Positions 25,001-37,883 of a stretch of DNA of 64,000 nucleotides are shown here, piece after piece (the first letter of the stretch is position 1; the number at the start of each line of letters is the position of its first letter). Source of the stretch: Octopus vulgaris (Eukaryota); NCBI GenBank assembly GCA_951406725.2, contig OX597815.1, positions 84,878,001 through 84,942,000 on the forward strand, given 5' to 3'. Position numbers and translations under genes: made by a program. Under the pieces are notes generated by a model, which was given only the letters and a program-made list of their open reading frames with translations, ran no database searches and was not told the origin of the DNA.

Positions 25001-25144
25001 TCAAATTTTGCCAAGATCGACTTTCTTCTTTTCAGGGTTAATAAAATAAGTACCAGTTGAGTACTAAGGTTGATATATTCCACTGATCTCCCTACTACAA
25101 AACTGCTGACCTTGTGCCAAAATTTGAAACCATAATGACTATCA

Positions 25145-25722
25145 TTATTACCTCTGCCTTAGCAAAGGCGGAGGTATTGCTTTCAGACATGTTTGTTTAT
25201 CTGTGGATAAGATATTTCAAGTACCACAAGATGGATTCAGATGAAACTTTCAGAGATGTTTGGCCTTGTGACCGGCACAAACTGATTAGATTTGGGGATC
25301 AATCCACTACCGGACAAGGATTCTGGATTATTTGTTATATTTACTTTACATGATTAAGATCTTATGTTAACTTTCAAGTCTTTCTCAATTATCTCCCTTT
25401 GGGCTGTAACTATTTTGAATGGTGAATTTGTTAACTTTAACTAAGGATAAACTATTTATTACTGTTACTAAATTTTCTACAGCCACCTTCACAGTCCATA
25501 ACCACCATTAGGATTGATCATATACAAGACAAGGATTCTAGATTATTTTTCTAGTTTCATTACTTAATTTTTGAGAGCCATCGGGTTCATTTTTAGTATT
25601 CTCGTTTGTGAGAGCAGTCGAGTTTATTTCAGATATTCTCATTTTAAAAATCAGCTCTGGCTAATCATTGAGAGGATATTGGTGTTGCATTGGCAGAAGT
25701 TTGCACTCTCTGAGTGTTCTTG
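25145..25722 (-). mobile_element. Helentron/HINE-like element, second copy
   Basis: TACCTCTGCCTTAGCAAAGGCGGAGGTA hairpin at ~25149-25176 and the reverse complement of the AAGAGCACTCAGAGAGTGCAAAC 5' block at ~25700-25722. Confidence 0.6.
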
Positions 25723-25765
25723 TTGTTGTTGTTATTATTATCATTATTATTATTATTATTATTAT

Positions 25766-25935
25766 TCAGTAGTTTTATTTTTATAGTGTGCTTTCACTTC
25801 ACTACCGAGCGCAGCTCTGTGTGCCTTGGGTATGTGCTGTGATTTGTTGTGATACTCTGATAGTTACTGTATTGAAAGTGTTCTGCGTAGGGTGTGTGCA
25901 GTGCCGAGTAGTACAATTTTCTGTATGTTATATGT
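25766..25935 (-). mobile_element. R4/Dong-clade LINE 3' terminus
   Basis: Minus translation NIQKIVLLGTAHTLRRTL matches the QKxVLLGTAxILRxxL C-terminus of this clade. It sits within (TAA)n. Confidence 0.7.
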
Positions 25936-25936
25936 G

Positions 25937-25971
<35 letters not shown>

Positions 25972-26171
25972 AGCACTGAGATGGCAGAACCATTGGCTTG
26001 CCAGACAAAATGTTGTCTTTATGTTTTGAGTTCAAATTTCGCCAAGGTCAACTTTTCCTTTTCTTCCTTTCAGGGTTGATACAATAAGTATCAATTGAAC
26101 ACTGGAGTCAATGTAATCAACTGGGTCTCTCCCACAAAATTTCAGCCCACATAGTAGAAAAGTTATTATTA

Positions 26172-26730
26172 TTGAGTGAGAGAGCAGTGCATGCCATCAA
26201 AGTGACACTGGGGTAAAATATACGAAGCCTAGTATACCCATCATGACTATCCATCTGATAAGGGTACACCAAGCACATGCATTACAACCATATGTGGGCA
26301 ATATGGTGATCACATATCAAGATAAACAACACATGACCTTGCAAGTGGAACCCAGCTGGAATTTTCTTCAAATTGAGTAGCCAAACCCGCTGAAAAGGTC
26401 CCTGAATAAGGGTTGTTTAAGGATGTTGAATGAAACACCCATGTTTCCAGAGGTGAATTATCCAAATCCCAAAGAATTCCTCTGAACATATGGCTATGAT
26501 GCTCCCTCACTACTTCTGCTCATGGTTAGAGACGCACATATTGTCAGCCACTAAGGGACATGCTCACCTGGTTATGGCCAAGCAACTGACAAGCAAATCT
26601 GTGGTATTAAGCAGAATATTTGCTGTAGCCCATATTTTATACCAAGACAAAATAATGTACATGATAACACTTCCAATTAGTTAAGATGAGAAGCCATGAG
26701 AGCCACTGCCTGGTACTGCATTAGGGCATT
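26172..26730. repeat. interspersed ~550-bp repeat (probable LINE 3' end) associated with (TTA)n
   Basis: Close second copy at 54712-55265 and an inverted partial copy at 63760-63847. Confidence 0.8.
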
Positions 26731-28149
26731 TATTATTATTATTATTATTATTAGCATCATCATCATTAGGGCAGTGAGATAGCAGAACTGCTAGCACACC
26801 AGGTAAAATGTTGCTAAGCGTTTTGCCCATCTTTACATTCTAAGTTCAAATTCTGCCGAGGTCAACTTTGCATTTCATCCTTTCGGGGGTCAATAACAGA
26901 AGTGCCAGTTGAGCATTGGGGTCAATATAATTGACTAGTCCCCTCCTCACAAATTTCAGGCCTTGTGCCTATAGTAGAAAGGATTATTATTATTGGATAT
27001 TTTTTTTATTTTAAATCTGATTTTATTTAGAGAAACATTCCAGAATATTCCATACACACATACAGACACTCTCTCTCTTCTTCCATGCTCCAGCTATCCC
27101 TCCATCCTTCCAGCCAGCCAGCCAGCCATCCAACCAACCACAAAACATCTATTTTATATAATCGGTAGTTTCCTTTTACAGTCTCACATCTATTCCAATT
27201 CTTTGCTTCCCTTCTTTGTCGTCATCCCACCCAGCATCCACCCACCAGATATTCAATAAATTCTTTGATAAAATAGATAAAATAAATGTTACAACAACAA
27301 CAACAACAAACACAATAACAATAATAATAACAATGATAACAATAATGAACAATAATGCAAAAATGATAACACAAATGGTTATTACTGTAAGGCAAATAAT
27401 AATGATGATGATGATGATGTATATTATAAAATTGGTAACAACAAGCAAAAAAAAAGAACAAAAGCAACTTCATGTTTTTTTTGTTGTTTGTTGTTTGTTT
27501 CTTTCACTCAAAGAAATTCCAATGCGTTTCTCAAAACAATTTGTTTTGCAATAACCAATGTTTAGAATTAGCCGGTTGTTGTTCCTGTTGTTTGCAGGTG
27601 CGGTTATGTTGCTGCTGCTGCTGCTGCTATTATGGTTTTGTTTCTCTCTGGATTCACTCAGCTATTGAAATGGTATTAATGGTTCTGCCAAGTTCTCTTT
27701 TGAGCAACCCTACATTTTATTCCATTTTAGTTACCAATATAATAAACAAACACATTGACTGTGCATCTGTATACAAAGGTGTGCCTATACAAGTACATGC
27801 ATATGTTCATACAGGGTTTGTGATGCAAACAGGAAAAGTAGAACTCATAACATAAGTATATATATATATTACATATATTCATATACACATGCACAAATTC
27901 CTCACTTAACACAACCAGTCCCTTTAAAGTGCCAAGGTAAATGTAATAATCAAATATAAAAATGATAAATATAAATATACAAGTGTAAAATATTGCAATT
28001 CATCCAACTCCTTTTTTGCTTATTTTTCAAACATCCTCTTTTTTCACATATTTTCTCCCTAACTACCTGCCCAAAAGGAAAACAAGTTAAAATACAATAA
28101 AACAAATTTATTCTAACATTTAATACTTTTTTCAAAAAAAAAAATTCAT

Positions 28150-29128
28150 TCTACTTCCTCTCATCTTCCAACTCTTTCCTTTAGCAGCTCATTGCATTAT
28201 CAATCATTTGGTGAACTTGCACGTTGTATTAGCAAGGTAAGTTTTGCAGAGATGTGTCCTTCCAAACTAAAGTATTCTCATCAACTTTGAAAATCTGTCA
28301 TCATAACTTTCTTCTTCCGTAAGCCTTTGAAAATCTACTTGAAATTTTTCTACAGTTTCTTCATCACTGGCAGATTCACTTTGAATTCTCATATTGTGCA
28401 AACCAGATCACTTTAAGTATTTGAACCACACAAAACTACTTATAAGTTTATTTCTAACTTCTGCTTTATTGTCTCCTTTCAAGGTAGAGAACAGGATCAA
28501 AGCCTCCATTTTAAAGTCTGGGTACTCAATGGAATACAACTGATTACAGTCTTCATTCCATATGAGTAATAAGTCTTCCATTTCAATCATCTCCTCATTC
28601 TAATTTGAAGTTGATTGCATTGCTGTCGAAGATGAAGCCATCTGTTTTTTTTTTTTGGGGGGGGGGGTTTCTGATAATCTTCAGGTTGCTTTAGAAATAG
28701 TGCATAGTCATTTCATTCAATCTAAACCTGTGGGCAATCACTTACTTTCTAGCACCATTATCATAATTTTTAATTATTTCAAGTTCCTTCCCTAAAGTAA
28801 AAGCTTTTTACCCGCTTTAAATGAAGTCATTCTCAAATTCATTTTCCCTGTTATCCATTGCTGATGGGGAAAAGTATTCTAATTAAAAATGAAAAATAAG
28901 TGATATCATGAGGAGAAAAAGAGAAAAATAAAAGAAACAAGGGTTTCTACTGCCAGCTGCCAGCTATTTCTATGGCAATATGTTTGCTATGATATTTTTA
29001 ATTTTATGATGCACGAACCATGTTGCACGAAAATTTATCTCAAGTTGAAGAAAAGCAGGTTACAGTTAATAAATAGTACAAACTTGAAACACGTTAATTA
29101 AAACCTTGTTGAATAAGGGGCTCCTCTG
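28150..29128 (-). pseudogene. decayed Tigger/pogo transposase, 5' half (HTH-psq, CENP-B HTH, start of DDE) with left TIR
   Basis: AFTLGKELEIIK..., MEDLLLIWNEDCNQ, ESASDEETVEKF...IFKVDE...LVWK. TIR-like CAGAGGAGCCCCTTATTCAACAAGG at ~29104-29128. Confidence 0.75.
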
Positions 29129-29899
29129 TGTGGGGGGGGGGGATCACACTAACCATCATATAATCATATATGAAGTGATAGCAGAAAAGAATTTATTTTC
29201 CTGAAGAAAGTTCTTTGATGATGCTTCACACTTTCATGGAACTGCAGCAACTAAAAGTGCTGGTACATCCATGATCACAAAAAATGCAGAATACTGATGG
29301 CTCTTTTTCCTTCCTTATACCTTTCATTAATTCTCTCTGGCATCATTTGTACTTGGCCAATATCTTGTCCTATGCAGTCATCCATTTCAATTAAATATCA
29401 CTTAATCATACACATCCTAATATCAGAGTTTCAGCAGCCCTTATCAGTAGCCCCCACATTTCAGATAACAGTAGAGTACAAACTTAGAGATCCTAGAGCC
29501 GGCTATACAAATCACATCCCACCCACTACTACTATGATTCTAGAAAGATAGATTCAACATTAGATGTAGTTGCAAGATGCAAGATCCCTTAATTGGCAGA
29601 TGGTTTTGTCAAGAATATTCATTATATTTCATCATTTACATGGCATCCATGAATTGTAGTCATGTTCACTGTTGGTTCCATGTAAATGGCACCCGTGTGG
29701 CATGTAAAAGCACCCATTACACTCCTGGAGTGGCTGGCATTAGGAAGGGCATCAAGTTGTAGAAGCCATACCAAATTAGACTGGAACCTGGTGCAGTTCT
29801 CCAGCTCATCAGTTCCAACTGTCAAACCGTCTAACTCATGCCAGCATGGAGGGTAGACGTTAAATGAAGATTACGATGATTTCATATAAGATATTATTG

Positions 29900-31800
29900 G
29901 TATTTTGTTAGGTTTTTGATGCATTGATGACAGAGTGTGTAGGTGTCAGTAGAGAACAATAAGTGGCATAACACTGCTGCTAGATACACTTTGCATTTTG
30001 TTGACTGTTTTATGCCTCGCTATTTCTGCAGTCAATTACTGAGCTTCCAAATAGTCACCACAGCAGACTATGTCCAGCTGCTGTCATAAAAATTTGTACT
30101 GCCCAAATATTTGAACTTCTTCATACTGCATAATTGTTATATATTCCATTTGATTTACGATTGTTTATATTCCATCACACCAGGTTCAAGTTAATATATG
30201 ACTTCACTATTTTTCTGACAACTGAAAAGCTAAAGGCTTGTCACCACATATTCAGGATCATGTGTAATTTTCTGGATAGTTTCCAAGAAATGAACTCCCA
30301 GAGCTGAGTCATCAACAAAGAGAAGTTCTCAGATGCAGATATCACAGCACTTCCTCATCCAGCTGTCACCTTCCATGTTTTCATATACCACAACCAGAAA
30401 GGAACCTGAACAAAACAAAGAAGACAACAGCTTTTCCCGATTTTATCATCATCATCATGAAACATTCATTTTCCATGCTGGCATAAGTTAGATGGTTTGA
30501 CAGGAGCTGGCCAGGTTCCAACTGTCCATTTTAGCACGGTTTATTCAGTTGGATGCCCTTCCTAATGCCAAACATTTCACTGGGTGCTTTTTACATGGCA
30601 CACTTTTACACAGCACCTACATGGGCACTTTTACATGGTGCTAACACAGGCAGTGGCATAGACACTTTTACATGGCACTGGAATGGATGCTTTTACATGA
30701 CACCAGCAGTATTCCTAAACATGAAAAATTCAGATTGGCATTCAAGAAAAATTCTTTTTTTTTTTTGTGTTTGTTTTTTTGTTCTTTTTATCAGTTACCT
30801 AAACAGTAATTTTGCCAGAATTTGATAATTTTTATTTGCAAATAGTGGCTATCTGCATTTTTGAACTGTTGCAGATCATTACATCACTAACATTCTCTGA
30901 AGATAAGTGGAATCTACAACACAATTCTATCCCACCAGGAGTTGCCCCTCAGTTTTGTCTCTTGGGTGGTAGCTTCAGCTCTTCTATAGTCAGCAGAAAA
31001 TTAAAACTAATATCTCTTGGAAACATGTTGAATGTACTCCAGAGAATTTCAGAAAAATTGTTCAAGGCTAATTTAGTAACTCACTAAAATGTTCCTGCTA
31101 CCATTTTCTAATAATATTTTTCTCAGTGTAAAATTATGAGCCATCCTTACTGTTCTGGGAACTGGTATACAACTGGCATTGTTTGAATCAGCCAGCACCT
31201 GAACTTTATCTTGCTTCTAGTTCCACTATTGGCCTTCAACACCAGCAAAATGTTCAGTAACAAGACATTTACATCTTTGATTGTTAACTTGCAATGTATT
31301 TCATCTACATAGAATGGCTTTATGGAATTTTTCATTCAAGTAGTAGCTATTGAATATTTGTATCATTTCCATCAAATTGGTCGGGATGCTTGCCAACTGG
31401 GGACACCAATCAAGACAGCATCGTTTTGTAGGTTGCCACACAAAGTTGCTCCCCAAAACTACTAACTGTTGTAATGCCAAGTAACATTTTCAGTTTGCCA
31501 ATTATATTTACTTAAGGATGATGCACTTAAGGACTTTTCTGTTGTCATCCAATCTTTTTATTACAATGCTACTATATTTCTTGCAATTCAGACAAATTAC
31601 AGACAAATTACATGTTATACACATGAGTAGGTAGTCAAATAGTTAGTCCACTTCATGGCATATGTAGAGATTATATCCATAATATTGTCCCAATGCATAA
31701 ACTCATAATCTAACAGATGTTGCAATTTTGACAAAGAATGGCACCAGTTGTAAAACCACTGTCTGAAACTCAAGAGGGTGTTTCTCTTGGTCAGATCATA
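29900..31800 (-). mobile_element. heavily decayed RTE/BovB-like LINE remnants, interrupted by younger repeats
   Basis: ELLFVDDSAL (RT YADD region) near 30310-30330 and KYLGS near 30100. Weak APE-like remnants at 31250-31700. Confidence 0.5.
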
Positions 31801-33574
31801 TTTCATGCACAGTTTAAGTAGAAGTTCTCAACTTCTATTTACAGCTATGCATGTCCGGCCCATGCCTGTGACATGTAAAAAGCACTCACTACACTCTCAG
31901 CGTGGTTGGTGTTAGGAAAAACATCCAGCTGTAGAAACATTGCCAGATCTGATTGGCGCCTGGTACAGCTGCTGACTCTCTAGATTTCAGTCAAACGGTC
32001 CAACCCATGCCTGCATGGAAAACGGACGTTAAACGATGATGATGATCATGATGACACACACTTGGAAACAGATGGGGGTTGGTAATAACAGGAAGGACAT
32101 CCAACTGTGGAAATATCCGCCGCAGCAAATTCCGTCTGACCCATGCAAGCATAGAAAAGTGGACTTTAAAGCGATGATGGTGTGCGTGTGTGTGCGTGTG
32201 CGTGTGTGTGCGTGCGCGCGCAGCAATGATGACACAATAAACATATAATGGTTAGTAATGTGAGCGTTGCTCCAGTATAACCTTAACTGAATGGTTAAAA
32301 TAGCTGAAAGAAAAATTAATGTTTTAACCAGGATGGCTTTAACTTAGGATTTAAACGAAAATCACACCGCTCACGAAATCAAAAATATTTAACCAAACTG
32401 CACGCTGTCAAGGGAGGTAACTCTTTCAATAACTGCCAAATTTATTGGCCCTGACTTTCCATATGCATATACATGTATACATGTTCTTGACTATCTTTTC
32501 TTTTACTTGTTTCAGACGTCGATAGACTACGGCCATGCTGGGACACCGATTGAGGAATTTTAGTCGAACTAATGATCCCACAGTTTATTTTCTTTTTAAA
32601 CCTGGTATTCAATCTATCGGTCTTTTTTTTTTACAGAACTGTTAGGTCATGTGGGACATAAATACACCAACATCGGTTGTCAAGTGGTGGTGGGAGAGAA
32701 ACAGAGACATAATGACCAACACACGCATATATATATATGTCTTCGTCTTCTGTTTTTTCCATCTATATATACGATGGGCTTCATTCAGTTTCCATCTACC
32801 AAATGCACTCACAATGCTTTGGTCAGCCCGAGGCTATAGTAGGAATCACTTGACCCAGGTGCCACACAGTGGGAGTGAACCCAGAACCATGTGGCTGGGA
32901 AGTAAACTACTTACCATATGCTTGTGCCTAACTATGCACAGAATAGGAGAACTGTTTTAATTTCCAATTTTTAATTATTACCTAATTCTAGACTTTGAAT
33001 TGTTATTTGATAAGATAGGCATACAGATTGAAATAGGTATTATTTTATAAAAGTCAATGTAACGGATATAAACATACTTATCCTGTCCCACTAAAGTAAA
33101 AACAAAAGCAAAACGAATTTCCAACATACTACCATGTAGTTTCCACTTTTAATTTTTACCAATAACCTTTGATTTGTATAGATTCTTAACCCCTTTTCAA
33201 CTATATCTGTATATTCATATATAACATGTAGTTATTTCAGATGTTACAAAAGACTTGAAATAGAGTTAGGCTAAGCACATCCTAAAGACAAGTAACCAGA
33301 GGTGAACAAAAACAATGAACAAAATGGGTAGATTTGACCAAAAAATTAGAGAACTGGGATCCAATGCTGAAAAGGAGAATGTGCCTCTAACCAGCTGCAA
33401 AACAGTGGCTGATCTGACTGATATTTAATGCAGGCGGTATTAGAAAGCTAATTAGAAATAGTTATGAGTGGGTGGGATATAATATCAGTCTCCAACTAAT
33501 ATTGTTTTCATTATTTCAGCAAGTACAGGAGAAAATTTGGGGCATGTTTGGGCCTTATTATAACTGTATCATCA

Positions 33575-34015
33575 AAATGGCAAGCTAGCAGAATCATTAG
33601 CATGCATGAAAAAAATGATTAGCTGCATTTTTCCACCTTTACATTCTGAGTTCAAATTCTGTCAAGATCGGTTTGCTTTCAACCTTTCAGGATCAATAAC
33701 AGAAGTACCAGTTAAGCACTAGGGTCAATGTAGTTGAGTAGTTCCCTCCCACAAAATTTCAGGCCTTCTACCTCTAATAGAAAATATTATATATTTCTTT
33801 ACAACCCACGAGGGGCTAAACACATAGGGGACAAACAAGGACAGACAAACGGATTAAGTCAATTACATAGACCCCAGTGCATAACTGGTACTTAATTTAT
33901 CAACCCCAAAAGGATGAAAGGCAAAGCCGACCTCGGTGGAATTTGAACTCAGAACGTAATGGCAGACAAAATACGGCCACGCATTTCACCCGGCGTACTA
34001 ACGTTTCTGCCCATT
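33575..34015. mobile_element. tail-to-tail pair of SINE family A copies (+ then -)
   Basis: 33575-33785 in plus orientation directly followed by 33795-34015 in minus orientation. Confidence 0.8.
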
Positions 34016-34202
34016 CCAGTCAATCCTTTCTTCTCTTGAATTCTCTTCTCATATATAAGTTTACAGATGCTTAAAATTGAACATCAAAAATATAAACCAA
34101 ACCAGATTCAGAGAGTATTCAAAAGTCATGGACACTTGCCTTTCCTCCTTCAGGATGATCACAAATGGAACATTTGATCAAAGCGCTGCATGGTCAAGGC
34201 TG

Positions 34203-35195
34203 ATCATCATCGTCGTCGTCGTTAACATCCACTTTCCATCCTGGCATGGGTTGAACGGTTTGACTGAGGGCTGGCAAGCCAGAAGGCTGCACAAGGCTCC
34301 AATCTGATCGGGCAAAGTTTCTCCAGCTGGATGGCCTTCCTAATGCCAACCACTCCGAGAGTGTAGAGGATGATTTTTACGTGCCACCGACATGAGGGCC
34401 AGTCAGGTGGTACTGGCATCGACCACACCTGAACAGTGCTTTTATGTGCCACCAGCACAGGAGCCAGTCAGGCAGCACTGCCAATGACCATGCTCGAATG
34501 ATGCTTTTTACATGCCACTGGCACAGGAGCCAATCAGTCGGTACTGGCATCGGCCACGACAATGATTTCACTTGACTCAACAGGTCTTCGCAAGTGCAGT
34601 TTACTGCCTATTGATTGAAGAGTACTCTTAAATAAGCCGGTTATGCTGCACTGGCATAGGCCATAGTTACAGTCTCACTTGGCTTGCTGGATCTTCTCAA
34701 GCAGAGCATAATGCTAAATGTCTTGGTCACTTGTCATCACCTCCTTGAGGCCCAATGTCCAAAGGTCATGCTTCACCACCTCATCCCAGGTCTTCCTGGA
34801 TTTACCTCTTCCACAGGTTCCCTCTACTGCTAGTGTGTGACACTCTTTCACACAGCGGTCCTCATCCACTTGCAACACATGACCATACCAGCGCAGTCAT
34901 GTCTCTTGCACACTACATCTGATGCTTCTTAAATCCAACTTTTCTCTCAGGGTGCTTACACTCTGTTGTGTATGCACACTGACATTACACATCCAGTAGA
35001 TCATACTAGCTTCATCCCTTGCAAGCTTACACATGCAGTTATGGCCCATGTTTCACTGCCATAGAGCATAGCTGTTTGCACACATGCATCATACAGTCTA
35101 CCATTTACTCTGAGCAAGAGGGCCTTTGTCACCAGCAGAGGTAGGAGCTCTCTGAACTTTGCCCAGGCTATTCTTATTCTAGCAGCTACACTCTC
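34203..35195 (-). mobile_element. RTE-type LINE 3' fragment (ORF2 C-terminus and 3' UTR)
   Basis: Reverse complement of the 52450-53340 family (AWAKFRELLPLL...LRWYGHV...RGKSRKTW) with a (GAT/GAC)n tail. Confidence 0.85.
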
Positions 35196-35227
35196 AGATA
35201 AAGGATGAAAAGAAGTAAAAATCTAAA

Positions 35228-35515
35228 TATTCAATTCCCAGACTGGGCTGTGTGTTGTGTTCTTGAGCAAGGCACTCTATTTCATGTTGCTCCAGTTCAC
35301 TCAGCTGTAAAAATGAGTTGCAACATCACTGGTGCTAAGCTGTATCAGCTTTTGCCTTTTCTTTGGATAACATCAGTGGCCTGGAGAGGGGAGGTTGGTA
35401 TGCCTGGACGACTGTTGGTCTTCCAGAAACAACTTTGTCCAGACTTGTGCCTCAGAGGGTAAATTTCTAGGTGCAATCCCATAGTCATACATGACCAAAA
35501 GGGGTCTTTACCCTT
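35228..35515 (+). mobile_element. third SINE family (TGTGTTCTTGAGCAAG central domain)
   Basis: Related segments at 13875-14045 (+), 50765-51060 (-), 36630-36960 (-), 14270-14555 (-). Confidence 0.65.
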
Positions 35516-35651
35516 TTTTTTTTATTGTGAATACTATTTCAATACTCAGTTAATACACTAACCAATGAGTCGAATACTCATGCAGAAAATGAAATACAAT
35601 AAAATGTTTTAAAAAGAAAGAAGCAAAATTTATTTTTTAAATTCAACTTAC

Positions 35652-35735
35652 ATTTAACCCAGCTTTTCTCATCCTAACATAGAACTCATCATCTTCTTGT
35701 CCCCAGCCCCAATATCTGTTGGACAAACCACGAGT
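35652..35735 (-). CDS. B4GALT7: B4GALT7 coding exon 3 (WGWGxEDDE catalytic motif); absent from the ORF track
   Basis: TTTCATTCTAG|ACT...AAT|GTAAGT; 84 nt reading [28 protein letters not shown]. Confidence 0.95.
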
Positions 35736-36309
35736 CTAGAATGAAACAAAATATTGACAAAATAGTGATAGCTTAACAAATAAGCCACATAGCATATGGT
35801 GTAGACATTAGTGGAAAATAAACCAAGAAACTTTATAAACCAGATTAACTATGTATGGTGTAATCTATTGTACATCCTCGGAAATTAAAACTTAATGAGT
35901 TTACATTGGCTAAGAAGTAGACTATCGTGAGGACAAATCTCTTTAGAAATCTTCAATAGCAGAATAACAATATTCCTGGTTTAAACTTTTACTTTTTAAA
36001 ATTACAGTAACATAATGATTTGATAAAAAAGTTCATCAGGGAGATAACTCATGAGAAATATCGTGAAATAGTGTCCCTTGCATTAGATCAGTTATCATAT
36101 AAGCTAAATTTTTTTTTTTAATATTAAGTATTTTTAAAACGTACTTTTTTAGGACAAGAGCTTATTTAAAACAAATTAGGGGACATAGAATATATAACAA
36201 ACCAAATACTATCACAGATTTCATGTTCAAATACAAATTGGATTAAATATTTATTCAATGTTCAAAAAACATATATAATAAAATAAAACAGTAGGGTCAT
36301 AACTCTTTG

Positions 36310-36352
<43 letters not shown>

Positions 36353-37353
36353 AGAGGGGGATAGTGTCACAGATGTTGGAGCAATACTTCATTATGGAGT
36401 TCACTTAAGCCTTGTAGAATATCAGCAACTGTTAGAGGCTGAAATATTTTCTGATCCTGAAGAGAAAAGCCAGTCTTTGGAATCCTGTTGTAACAATGCT
36501 AAGGATATGTTTTCACCAGAGGAGATTGTCAGTGATAGTGAGACTTAGCATTTAGAGTGGTTGTAAAGGCTGTAGTTGAGTGTCATTCATTGTTTACTTG
36601 GGGTGTAGTGTAGTGGTGTTTCCTTGAGATGAAGCTGGCACTCCGTTGGTTATGACGACGAGGGTTCCACTTGATCCGATCAACAGAACTACCTACTCAT
36701 GAAATTAACGTGCAAGTGGCTGAACACTCCACAGATACACATACCCTTAACGTAGTTCCCAGGGAGATTCAGCATGACACAGAGTGTGACAAGGCTGGCC
36801 CTTTGAAATATAGGTACTACACATTTTTGCCAGCTGAGCAAATTGGAGCAACATGACATAAAGTGTCTTGCACAAGGACACAACATGATACCAGGAACTG
36901 AAATTACAGCCTTACAATCATGAACTGAATACCTGAACCACTAAGTCACATGCCCTCATATAGGTATGGTATAAAATACTCAACTATGTAAGCAAACTTA
37001 AAACAAAGACTACAAATTGAACTTTGAACCACACAACTAAGTCTGCATGTATTGTTTCAACAACAGTTTACCTATGAAGAATTTAATTGACCTTCCACGA
37101 AGAAGGACTAACTTAAATGACAATCATCCTCCTCATTTAACATTTATTTTCCAAGCTGGCATGGACTGGACAGTTTGACAGGAGCTTGTAAGGCCAGGAG
37201 CCATACCATGCTCCATTATCTGTTCTGACATGACTTCTATGGCTGGGTGCCCTTCCGAATACCAACCACTCCACAGTGTGTACTGGATGCTTTTTAAGAG
37301 GCACCAGCACCAGTGCTTTTTAAGTGGCACAAGTACAAATAATTTAATAATAT

Positions 37354-37405
<52 letters not shown>

Positions 37406-37534
37406 AAAAGAAAGAAAAAGAAAGAAAGAGAGAAAGAAAGAAAGAGAGGGAGTGGGAGGAGGAGGGAAAGAAAGAAAGAGAGGGTGGGATGGAGGGAGGG
37501 GGATGGAGGGGGAGAGAGAGAGAGAGAGAGAGAG

Positions 37535-37637
<103 letters not shown>

Positions 37638-37657
37638 GGGAAAAAATCAGCTCTTAC

Positions 37658-37883
37658 CTTTTGGAAATCATCACAAGTCAATAGGAGGATGCCTCCAACA
37701 AACTTTGGATAATGGTAACGTGGATGTAAATTAGGTGCAGCAACATGGAAAGGTCCTTTAGACGGGTAAGCATAACTGAGGTTAGGGTTGAGAGGCAGCA
37801 GATCAACATCATGCATAGCCAGATAGTCACACTCACTCTTTGATTCTAAGTAACCCACATTAATCAGCGCTGCACGGTTGAAC
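37658..37883 (-). CDS. B4GALT7: B4GALT7 coding exon 2 (DVD metal-binding motif)
   Basis: Acceptor CCCAG|G completes the Arg codon. Reads [40 protein letters not shown]...[23 protein letters not shown]. Donor AAG|GTAAG. Confidence 0.95.

Noticed and set aside
27530-27720. Possible plus-strand exon (TTTGCAG|GTGCGG, poly-Cys ORF)
   Set aside because: The Cys run is a (TGC)n repeat, with no recognisable protein and no matching donor or partner exons.
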